A stretch of DNA of 64,000 nucleotides, from assembly GCA_014905635.1 (NCBI GenBank), contig JABVCE010000019.1, positions 248,001 through 312,000 of the forward strand. Direction: 5' to 3'. A program made the translations under genes and the position numbers. The notes below the pieces were generated by a model. The model was not told the DNA's origin. It saw only the letters and a program-made list of their open reading frames with translations, and made no database searches. Positions 11,594-21,020 of this stretch are shown here, one piece after another; within the stretch, counting starts at the first letter, position 1; each line of letters begins with the position of its first letter. This DNA comes from Scenedesmus sp. PABB004. Its lineage: Eukaryota.

Positions 11594-14500
11594 CGTGCGT
11601 GTGCGTGTGCGTGTGCGTGTGGGTGTGGGTGTGGGTGTGGGTGTGGGTGGGTGTGGGGCGCGCCGCCGCCGCGCAGTCCGCTGAGCCCCGCCGCGCCGCG
11701 CCCCACCCCGCGCCGCGCGCCGCCGCAGGGCACGTCGGCGGAGCTCGAGCTCGTGTCGGCGCAGTGGGAGGCGGTGCGCGCGTGCGAGGAGCGCTGGAGC
11801 CGCGCGTGGTGCCTCGCCGCGTCGGCCGCGCTCGGGCGCGTGACGCTCGCGCTCTCGGCCTTTGCCGACGAGATCTGCGGCCAGGTCCAGGTGCGGGCGC
11901 GTTGCTCCCCGCGCCGCGCAGCCGCGGCCGCGCAGCCAGCACGGGTGCTGCTGCCGCCGCGACGGAGCTCGCCGCGCAGCGCCGCGCCGACGCACTTCCT
12001 GGCCGCGCCAGCCCGCACTCGCCCTCATGCCACACCTCCTCCCGGCCCTCTCACGCCCCTGAACCCCCGCCCGCCGCCGCCGCCGCCGCGCAGCCGTACG
12101 CGGAGCTGTTTGGCCTGCGCTGCGGCATCCCGCCCGCGCACACGCTCAACTTCAGCGAGGAGGTGGTCCGCGACCAGGCGCTCTTCGTCGGCAGCCTGCT
12201 TGCCGCCGAGCTCGAGCCGCGCCTGCGCACCGCCGCGGGCGCGAGCAGCTGGCAGGTGGTGAGCCAGGTCGCCGCGGCGACGGGCACCGCGGTGCTGCTC
12301 CCCGACCTGCTCGGCGTGCAGGGCGTCGCGTTTGAGGCGCCGACGGTCGTGCTCGCCCAGGTGTGTGCCGCAGGTGTAGGCTCTAGGCCCTCAACCCTGC
12401 GTGCGCCGCCGCGGCTGCTCTGGGCTGCTTTGAGGTTTTCAGGCTTTTGGCGCAGCGCCGCGCCGGCACCTTTTGTTTTTCTTCACGTTGCCTCAACCCT
12501 AAAACCTGAACCCTGAACCCTTCAAACCCACCACGCCCACCGCAGGCCCTGGGCGGCATGGAGGACATCCCTGACGGCGTGGTCGCCCTGCTCACGCGCT
12601 CCTCCACCGACGTGTTGAGCCACGTCGCCATCCGCGCGCGCAGCCAGGGCGTGCTGCTCGCGGGGTGCAGCGACGAGGAGGAGTGGGCGCACCTGCTGGA
12701 GCTCGTGGTGCGCGCCGCGCCGGGGTGCAGGGCCGGGTGCAGGGCGGGCTCGGCTCTGGGGCGGCCCGGGGGCGCCGCGCTGCGCGGCCGGGGCGCTGAC
12801 GGCCCCGGCGCCGCGCCCGCCGCCGCGCCGCCGTCTCTAAACCCCGGACAACCCCGGACCCCCCCCCCCCGCAGGACCAGCACGTGAGCCTCACCGTGGC
12901 GAGCAGCGGTGACGTGATCGCCGCCGCCCTGGACGCCGGCAGCGCCGCGGCGGCCGCCGCCGCGGCCGCCGCGGCCGGCGGCGGCAGCGCGGCCGCGGCC
13001 GCGGCGGCCGCGACCGGCGCCGACGCGCCCGCGGCGCCGCGCGGCGCGCCGCCGCTGCGCACGCTGCCCGGCGCGGCATGGCGCGAGGCGGCGACCGCGC
13101 AGGGCGCGGCGTTCCTGCGCGTGCTGCAGGTGCGCTGCGTGCCGCGCGGCGCGCGCCGCGCGGCGGCGCCCGCCCCAGCCCCACCTCGCCCTCCCTCTGT
13201 GCTCTCCCGCTCCAAAACCCTGACCCCGCCGCCCCCTGCTCAACCCTAAACCCCGCCAGGAGGAGGAGTTTGGCCCGGACGTGGTCGGCGCGAAGGCCTG
13301 CAACCTCGCCACGCTGCGCGCCAAGCTCCCCGACTGGATCGCCGTGCCCCGCTCCGTGGCGTTGCCGTTCGGGACGTTCGAGGCTGTGCTGGCGCACCCC
13401 GCCAACGCGGGCGTCGCGGCGGAGCTCGCCTCGCTGGAGGCCGCGCTCGCGCGCGCCGGCGAGAGCGGCGGCGGCGGCGGCGGCGGGGACGACAAGGACA
13501 ACGCCGCGGCGTCGCCGGTCGCGCTGCTCGCTCGCATGCGGGCGCTGGTGGAGGGCGAGCTCAAGCCCCCGCCCGGCATGCAGCAGGTGGGTTTAACCCG
13601 CAGGAGGCGCTGGCCGTGAGGCGTTCGGGGCCTGGGCGGGCGTGTCGGGAGCGCCGCCCGACAGCCCCCGCCGCGCCCACCCAACCCCCGTGCCCCTCCC
13701 CCTCCCCCGCGGTCGGCGCGCAGATGGTGCACGCTGCCCTGGTCAAGGGGGGGCTCCTGGACGGCGGCGACGGCGCCGGCAGCGAGCACAGCACCGCCAC
13801 CGCCGCCAGCGACGCCGGCAGCGACGGCGGCAGCGACGGCGGCGCCGCGGCGGCCCCCGCCAACGGCACCGGCGCGAGCGGCACCGGCGCGTCCGGCGGC
13901 GCGCCGCTCGCGGCGGGGTCGGGCGCGGCGTGGGCGCCGGAGGACCCCACCTGCCCCGCGTGGGCGGCGTGCTGGGCGGCCGTGTGCGGCGTGTGGGGCA
14001 GCAAGTGGAACCACCGCGCGTGGCTCAGCCGGCGCAGCGCGGGCCTGCCGGAGGAGCAGCTGGCGGTGTCGGTGCTCATGCAGCAGGTGGGTCTGAGGCT
14101 CGGTGGCGGGTCCAGGGCTTTGTGGGTTGCGTGGTGGCGGGGAGGGGTGGGGCTTGGCTGGTGCGGTGCGGTGCGCTGGCTGGCGGTGCGCTGGCTGGCG
14201 GTGCGCTGGCTGGCGGTGCGCTGGTAGCACCCGTCGCGCCGCCCAAGAAACCCTCAAAACCCTGACCCCTCCTCAACCCTCCCAACCCTCCTAAACCTTC
14301 CTCCTAAAACCCTAAACCCTCGCCCCCCCTGTAGGTCCTGCCCGGCGAGTACGCCTTTGTGCTGCACACGGCGTCGCCCTTCAGCGGCGCGCGCGGCGAG
14401 ATGTACGGCGAGCTGGTCTGCGGCCTCGGCGAGAGCCTGGTGCGGCGGGGGTTATGGTCGAGGGCTCAGGCGGCGCCCTTCCTTCCTCCCCCCCCCCTTC

Positions 14501-16074
14501 TGTGCCTGACTCGCTCGCTGCCCCGCACGCGCCCGCCCTCGCCGCCCCGCACGCGCCCGCCCTCGCCGCCGCCCCGCCCCGCCCGCGCGCGCCTCACAGG
14601 TCGGCAACCACCCAGGCCGCCCCCTCGCCTTCAGCGACCGCCCCGACGGCTCCGACCTGCAGCTCCTCGCCCTGCCCAGCAAGCGCGAGGTGCGCCGGGG
14701 CTGAGGGTTTAGGCTAGGCCGGCCCCGCCCTCCGCGCCGCCGCGCCGGTGCCGCCGCCGCCGCGCCTGGGGCCCTCGCGCGCGCCGCCGCCGCCGCTGCC
14801 GCCGGCCGGCCGGCGCGCAGCCCCCGGTCCTCGAGCCCTCGAGCTCAACCCCAGCGCGCTCAACGCCCGTTAAACTCCTAAACCCTGAACCCCAACCGCT
14901 AACCGCCGCCGCCGCACAGGGCCTGTACGCGCCGCCCGGCGGCACGCTCATCGCGCGCAGCGACACGAACGGCGAGGACCTGGCCGGCTACGCCGGCGCG
15001 GGCCTGTACGACAGGTGCGGCGCGCTGTGTTGCGCTTGATTGATTGCTTGTTTATCTGGTTGTTTGTCTGTCTGTTTTGATTGTTCGATTGCCGGCGCGG
15101 GCCTGTACGACAGGTGCGGCACGCTGTGTTGCGCTTGATTGTGTCAGCACACGGGGCACTGCTGACCGCGGCGCGCCGCCGCTGCTGCCCCTCCTGCGCC
15201 TCGTGCCGTGTCGTTCTGATGCGCCCCGGCCCCGCCGCTGCCGCCTCAACATCAACCCCTCAACCCTCAACCCTGTCAACCCCCCCGCCGCCCCGCCCGC
15301 CGCGCCCGCCCCGCCCCGCCCGCCCCGCCCCGCCGCCGCGCGCGCAGCATCCCCGTGACGCCGCTGACGCCGCGCTTCCCCGACTATGCGACCGAGCCGC
15401 TCATGTGGGAGGCGCCCTTCCGGCAGCAGCTGCTCGACGGCCTCGTGGAGCTCGGGTGCGCCAGGGTTGAGGCGGGGCCGCGGGCCGGGCAGGTCGCCTG
15501 GGAGGCGGGCCAGGGAGCCGGCGCAGCACCGGGGCGAGGGCACAGGCTGAGCACAGGCTGAGCGCAGACTGAGCAGCGCCGCCGCCGCCGCCGCTACCGC
15601 TGCATGACCCTTCAATCCTAAACCCTGCCGCCGCCGCCGCCGCCGCGTCTCCGCTGCGCAGCTACGCGGTGGAGAGCGCCTTTGACGGCACGCCGCAGGA
15701 CATCGAGGGCGTGTGGCTCGGCGGGCGCTTCGCGGTGGTGCAGTCGCGCCCGCAGGTGCGCCCCCGGGGCGGCGCGGCGCGCGCGGGAGGGGCACCGGCC
15801 GGGGCGGCGCGGCAAGCGGGGCACACGCAGGCCGCCGCGCTGAGCCGGCGCCGCGCCCGCGCCCGCGCCGCGCGCTCCGCAGGTCATGCACGGCTGCGCC
15901 GGGGGCGGCGACGGCGGCGGCGCCGCGGCGCGCGCGTCGTCGTCGGCGGGGCGGCAGCGTGCCAAGGCACTCGCCGCGGCCGAGGCGGCCGAGGCGGCGG
16001 CCGCCGTCGCGGCGGTGCGCGAGGCGGGGCCGGGGCTCGCCGCGGGCAGCGGGGAGTGGGAGTGGGAGTGGTGA
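5787..16074 (+). CDS. GWD: Alpha-glucan water dikinase (plastid), roughly 25 exons
   Basis: CBM45-like LHWGV..W..PP..TPF; GGNGDEIRMGIL; EQWHQKLHQATSPEDVVIAEAYLAFL; phospho-His motif DVLSHVAIRAR; VGAKACNL; VWGSKWN; LVCGLGESLVGNHPG; RSDTNGEDLAGYAGAGLYDS; QDIEG..VVQSRPQ. One 1-nt frameshift in the C-run at ~6952-6956. Confidence 0.95.
8413..8820. ncRNA. Intronic array of three long hairpins (candidate pri-miRNA cluster)
   Basis: Three units, each with left arm GCGGCCGYCYGGGCGGCCGYCAGC and a complementary right arm, enclosing different self-pairing inserts; compensatory changes between units. Confidence 0.55.
11228..11498 (+). repeat. Tandem duplication (~112 bp unit) of a GWD exon 3' end, donor and intron start
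   Basis: GTGGAGCTCATGGGCCTCGTGCTCGGCAACGCCGCGCTCACGGT occurs three times (~11231, 11343, 11455). Confidence 0.95.
11500..11655. repeat. (GT)n microsatellite degrading into (GTGC)n/(GTGTGG)n
   Basis: About 90 bp of pure GT followed by variant units, inside a GWD intron. Confidence 0.98.
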
Positions 16075-16251
16075 GCGCGGCAGGGGGCGGCCGCGCAAAC
16101 CAACGGCGGGGCGGGCGGAGCGGAGGGGAGAGGGCGACGGGGAGGGGAGCGGAGGGCGGGAGTGGCTGCGTGAAGAAGCCAGGGGGGCACAGAGGGGCGG
16201 GACGGGGGGCGCGCGCGTGTGAGGCCGCCGCGCCGCGTGCGTGCGCGGCGC

Positions 16252-16601
16252 GGCGGCCGAGAGAGCGCGCGGCACTCGCTGCGGGGCCCCGGCCGCCTGG
16301 CGCCGTGCCCGAGGGGGCCGGCGCGCGTGCCGCGTGACTTGCCTGGCGGTGGCGGGGGGGGGGGGGGGCATGTCCTTGCTGTGTTGCTGCTGCGGCTACC
16401 CATCCCTGGTGGGGCGTGTGAGAGGGGGTTTAGGTCGCGGCCCAACCCCAGCGCCCCTGAACCCTGAGCGGGCTCGCATATGGTGTGTGTGTGCGTGGCG
16501 AGCCCCCGCGGCGCCGGGGGACGGCGGGGCCTCGCCGCCCCGCCCAGCCCACACACAAACTTGGCTGCGCACGCGGCGGCCCGGCCCTCACAAACCGCAG
16601 C
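16252..16601. repeat. Direct repeat copy A (~350 bp), paired with 20253-20600
   Basis: Shared CCCTGAACCCTGAGCGGGCTCGCATATGGTGTGTGTGTGCGTGGCGAGCCCC and flanks; scattered substitutions. Confidence 0.95.
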
Positions 16602-17401
16602 AGGGGCGCGCGCGCGCGTGCGTGCGCGGGCCGCCCCGCCCTGCATTGCCGCGTGGGCGCCGTGGCACGGCGTCCCTCTGCCGCGCCGCTGCGGGCTCCA
16701 GCAGCCGCCCCTGCTGGCTTAGACACACTGCCTTTGGTCGCCTGCCTCTCGTCTGTCTTGTCTTGTCTTGTCCCATCGTCTGTCTGTTGTTTGTGTTTGT
16801 CTGTCTGTTGTGTTGTTGACCGACCGACGCGCGTGCGTGTGTGTGCTCCCAGGCAAGCCGCGCGCTGTACGTTTGATGATGACGCGCAAGCGCGGCGAGT
16901 CCAGCAGCGACGGCTGCTGCTGCGGCGGCGGGCCCGTGAACCGGGGCGGCGGCGGCGCCCCGGCGACGCAGCGCTGCCCCGCGCTGCGAGGGCAGAGGAG
17001 GGAGGAGGGAGCAGAGGGGAGGGGGAGGGGCGTGCCCCAGCGCCGCGCGGGCGGCGACGAGCGGCGGCGTGGGGGTGGTGTGTGCGCGGGCGCGGGCGAG
17101 AGGGGGCGGCCGCGGCTGCAGCCGGCGCTGGCGCCGGCACCCAGCCGCGGCCCGCACGCGGGCGGCGGCACGTGGTCAAACCATCAACGCATGCACGCGG
17201 GCGGGCGCGCGCCCGGGCAGCCGAGCACTGACTGACGGCGCTGTATGAGCTGAGCCCCCCAGGGCGCGCCGGGGCGTAACGCAAGCTGACCGACCGAGGG
17301 ACCTGATCAACTCACATTCCAGCAGCCGCAATAACCAGGAAGCAGTCAACGCACCCAGCTGCACCAGGGCCCCGGCCGCCACACAAACCGCTCACTCTGT
17401 C

Positions 17402-20068
17402 TCACTCGGCGCCCGGCGCGCGCGCCACACCCGCGGCCAGCGCGCGGCAGACCGGCTTGTGCGCGCGCCACGCAGCCGTCTGGCAGGCGCGGCTGCAGAA
17501 GCGCGCAGGCGCGGCCGACTTGCCGCAGCCCCCGCACACAGTCCCCCGGCCGCGCACCGCCGCCAGCTCGCTGTGCGCGCCGGCCAGCGCCGCGCAGCGC
17601 GGGTTGCAGCACGCGCGCAGCGGCAGCGCGGCGCACACCGCAGTGCACAGCTCCTCCGCCTGCGCGGCCAGCGCGGGGCCTCGCTCCTGCGCCATGGGGA
17701 GCGAGGCCGCGGCTTCCAAGGCGCGAATGGCGAGCTGCGCGGCCAGCTCCACCGACGCCGCGCACAGCTGCTCCTGCTGCGCCAGCAGGGGCTCCAGGCC
17801 CGCGCGCGACGCGTCCGCCGGCAGCGACCCCAGCGCGCGCAGGCGTGTGCCCAGCAGCGCCGCCGCGTCGTGCAGGTCTGCCGCCATGTCGGCGGCAGTC
17901 GCGTGCTGGTGCACCAGCATCGGCTCGTCAAGCACACCAGCTGCGCGCGCGCCACTGCGTCGCCGATGGCGCAGCCAGCGCTCACCACCGCCAGGCACCC
18001 GCTCGCCAGGCCCCGCAGCTGCTCAAGCGGGTCGGCTTCGGCTGCTGCACACGGCGCGGCCTTGGCCGCACACTTGAGCGCCGTGAGCAGGCAGGGGAAC
18101 ACCTCGCGCTGCAGCCGCAGGCCCGCGCCGCCGCCGGTCGTCGCCAGCGCTGGCGCGGCTGCCAGGCTGGGGCCGAGCTGGCGGATGGCGTCGCACAGCG
18201 CGTGGGCTGCACTCAGGGTGCCCCGCTGGCTACCCCTGCCCACCCAGCTCCTGGTTGACGCCTCCAGCAGCCGGCACAGCGTGGAGGGGTCCTGTCGCGC
18301 AAACGCCACCAGCGCCGCGCGGGCTGCGCGGCGGCAGCAGTGGCAGTGGCGGCGAGCGCGGCGTGAGCAAAGTTGAGGGCAGGCAGGCGGGGAGCGCGCG
18401 CCCTCGCCACCAGGCCAGCTGCCGCCAGCGCAGCACGCCACGCACCCTCCGCTCCATAGCTCAACATCAACACTCGAGCACAGTCGATCAGTGCGCTGTC
18501 GTTGGCCCGCGCCAGGTCAGCCTCTGGCTCGTCGACGCGTTGTGTGTTTGCTGCCGCCGCCGCCGCGCAGGGCGAGCTGCCTGCCGCTGGCTCCAGCAGC
18601 GCGGCGGCGACGGGCCGGGCGAGCGGCAGGAACGCCCGCACCACCACCGCCGACGCCGCCGCCACCGCCGCCGCGTGGTCGTCCTGCGCGCCACCCTCAG
18701 AGGCTGGCCAGAGGCGCTGCGCGAAGTTGCCAGCGCAGCGCACACCACACATCAGCACGCGGCGCGTCGGCTGCAGCGCCACCAGCTCCAGCGCCACCTC
18801 CGCAGCCGCGGCAGCCAGCCCGGCGCCGCGTGGCTGCGGCAGGCTGCCGCCGCAGCTGGTCGGCGGCGAGACATCAAACAGGATGGCAACTGCATTGGTG
18901 CTGGACATTACCAGCGCCTCGCTCTGGTCGCCTGGGGGCACGGCGGCGGCGTCCAGCTCCAGCGCGCGCAGCAGCGCGGCGTGCCGCGCTGGCACGGCGG
19001 GCGCGCCGCCGCCGGGGCCGACGTCGCCGCCAGTGGCAGCCGGCCGGCCTCGCTGCGCCTTGTGCAGGTGCGCCGCGCGCAGGGCAAGGTTGGCCAGCAG
19101 CAGCTGCTGCACCGCGGGGTCTGACAGCAGCACGCGCAGCGCCACGTCGGTCACGCTGCCGCGCTCCTGGGCCAGCACGACACTCTGGGCTGTAAACCAG
19201 GCTGCTTTGCGCGCTGCGTCGAGCTCCGGCTGCACCACGACGTTCACGGAGCTGATGGGCGCCCCCGTGAGCGTAGCGATGCAAAACTGGTTGCCAAGGT
19301 GCGCCATGGGGTTGGGGCCGTCCGCGCGCCAGGCGCCGGCGCAGCGCAGCACAGCAAGCGCCAGCCGCGCCACCGGCTGCGCCAGCGACTGCGGTGGGCC
19401 CTCCAGCTGGCCTTCGGTCGGCCAGGCTTTGCGCGCGGCGTATGCCGCCGTCAGCAGCGGAAAAACAGCCAAGCGCGTTGCCGCAAGCTCAGCGCTGCCC
19501 CCCTGCCGCCGCGGCTGCTGCTGCTGCTGCTGCACCTGGGCCTCCAGCTCCGCAGCGTGGGCGGCGCAGGCCGCGGCCAGCGGCGGCAGCATGCCTGCGG
19601 GCGCCAGCCGCCACGCATTCGGTCAGCGGTGGGCGAAGCCGCGCGGACCGCAGGTGCCAGCCGCCGCTGGCGCCGCTCACCCGAGTTCACCACCTCGGCC
19701 GCCAGCTCCGCGAGCGGCGCGCCCAGAGCCCCCAGAGCCCCGCGCTCCACGAATGACAAATCCAGCACCTTGCACAGGACATTGAGCGTGCAGGTGAAGC
19801 CCACGCTGCCGGCCGCCGCCAGGCGCGTCGCCGGCGCCGCCAGCTGCTCCACAGCGCGAGCCACGGCCTGCGCCAGCCGCGCCTGCACGCCGGCGGCCAG
19901 CAGCGCGCGCAGGTCCGCGCACGGCGAGCCACTGCAGGCGCTCGTGAGGCCGCCGAAATAGACAAGAAGCGGCTGTCCGGCGGCGCCCTCCGCCGCGAGC
20001 GCGTCGACGCTGCTCGCGCGCGCGCAGCGGCCGAGCCAGGCCGCCAGCGCCGCGGTCTCGGGCCACAT
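17402..20068 (-). CDS. Chlorophyte-type C-terminal MYND zinc-finger protein (5' end unclear; frameshift ~17945; possibly a pseudogene)
   Basis: C-terminus CCNPRC...CGGCGK...RFCSRACQTAAWRAHKPVC; long Ala/Leu-rich helical region; introns at ~19680-19595 and ~18446-18325 restore frame. Confidence 0.75.
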
Positions 20069-20252
20069 GCTGCCTGGGACTCAAGCGAGGCGCGCTGGAG
20101 GGGGCCGGTGAGGGCCGGAGGCGCCGGGCGGGGCCGCGGCGCTGCCGTCGCCGCCGCCAGCAGCTGCTGCTGCTCGGCGGGCGGGGCCACGCCGCGAGGG
20201 GGCACGGCGAGGTGCAGGCGCGCGGTTCAGGCGGCCTGCCCGGGGCGTGCGT

Positions 20253-20600
20253 GGCGGCCGAGAGAGCGCGCGACACTCCGTGGCCCCCGGCCGCCTGGCG
20301 CTGCGCCCGAGGGGGCCGACGCGCGTGCCGCGTGACTTGCCTGGCGGAGGCGGGGCGGGGGGGGGGGGGGGGGGCATGGCCTTGATGTGTTGCTGCTGCT
20401 ACCCATCCTTGGTGGGGCGTGTGAGAGGGGGTTCAGGCCCAAACCCCAACGCCCCTGAACCCTGAGCGGGCTCGCATATGGTGTGTGTGTGCGTGGCGAG
20501 CCCCCCGCGGCGCCGGGGGACGGCGGGGCCTCGCCGCCCTGCCCAGCCCACACACACACTTGGCTGCGCCCGCGGCGGCCCGGCCCTCACATACCGCAGC
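20253..20600. repeat. Direct repeat copy B (~350 bp)
   Basis: Paired with 16252-16601. Confidence 0.95.
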
Positions 20601-20608
20601 TGGCCGGG

Positions 20609-20613
20609 TTACA
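20609..20613 (-). promoter_or_regulatory. Putative TGTAA polyadenylation signal of the Sas10 gene
   Basis: TTACA on + is TGTAA on -, ~360 nt past the stop; TGTAA is the established chlorophyte poly(A) signal. Confidence 0.5.
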
Positions 20614-20744
20614 ACAGCAGACCTCGCCCGAGCTTTGCCCGGGGCCGACTCCACCGCCGCCGCCGCGCAGTCGCAGTGTGCGCGCCCTCTCTCTCCGCCG
20701 CCCCGCCGCGCCCTGCACCCCGCTCGCCCCGCCGCCGCCGCCGC

Positions 20745-21020
20745 CGCCGGTGGCTCAGCCGAGTCGCGTGCTCTTGGCGAGGCGGGCCTTGATGCTGCCG
20801 CCGCCGGTGGCTCAGCCGAGGCGCGTGCTCTTGGCGAGGCGGGCCTTGATGCCGCCGCCGGTGGCTCAGCCGAGGCGCGTGCTCTTGGCGAGGCGGGCCT
20901 TGATGCCGCCGCCGGTAGCTCAGCCGAGGCGCGTGCTCTTGGCGAGGCGGGCCTTGATGCTGCCGCCGGTGGCTCAGCCGAGGCGCGTGCTCTTGGCGAG
21001 GCGGGCCTTGATGCCGGTCG
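20745..21020 (-). repeat. Five tandem copies (54-57 bp) of the Sas10 final codons plus stop
   Basis: TCAGCCGAG..CGTGCTCTTGGCGAGGCGGGCCTTGATG starts at 20755, 20812, 20866, 20920, 20974. Confidence 0.97.

Noticed and set aside
11343..12035. Cys-Val or His-Thr repeat proteins
   Set aside because: These are translations of the intronic (GT)n microsatellite
14160..14225. Short intronic tandem repeats (GGTGCGCTGGCTGGC x4; similar ones at ~7490, 10915, 14520, 15540, 55185)
   Set aside because: Ordinary slippage repeats with no further structure
16252..20600. LTR retrotransposon
   Set aside because: No gag, RT or integrase, no TG..CA termini, no recognisable PBS or PPT
20745..21020. CRISPR array
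   Set aside because: No unique spacers, the unit is the Sas10 C-terminal coding sequence, no cas genes, eukaryotic context
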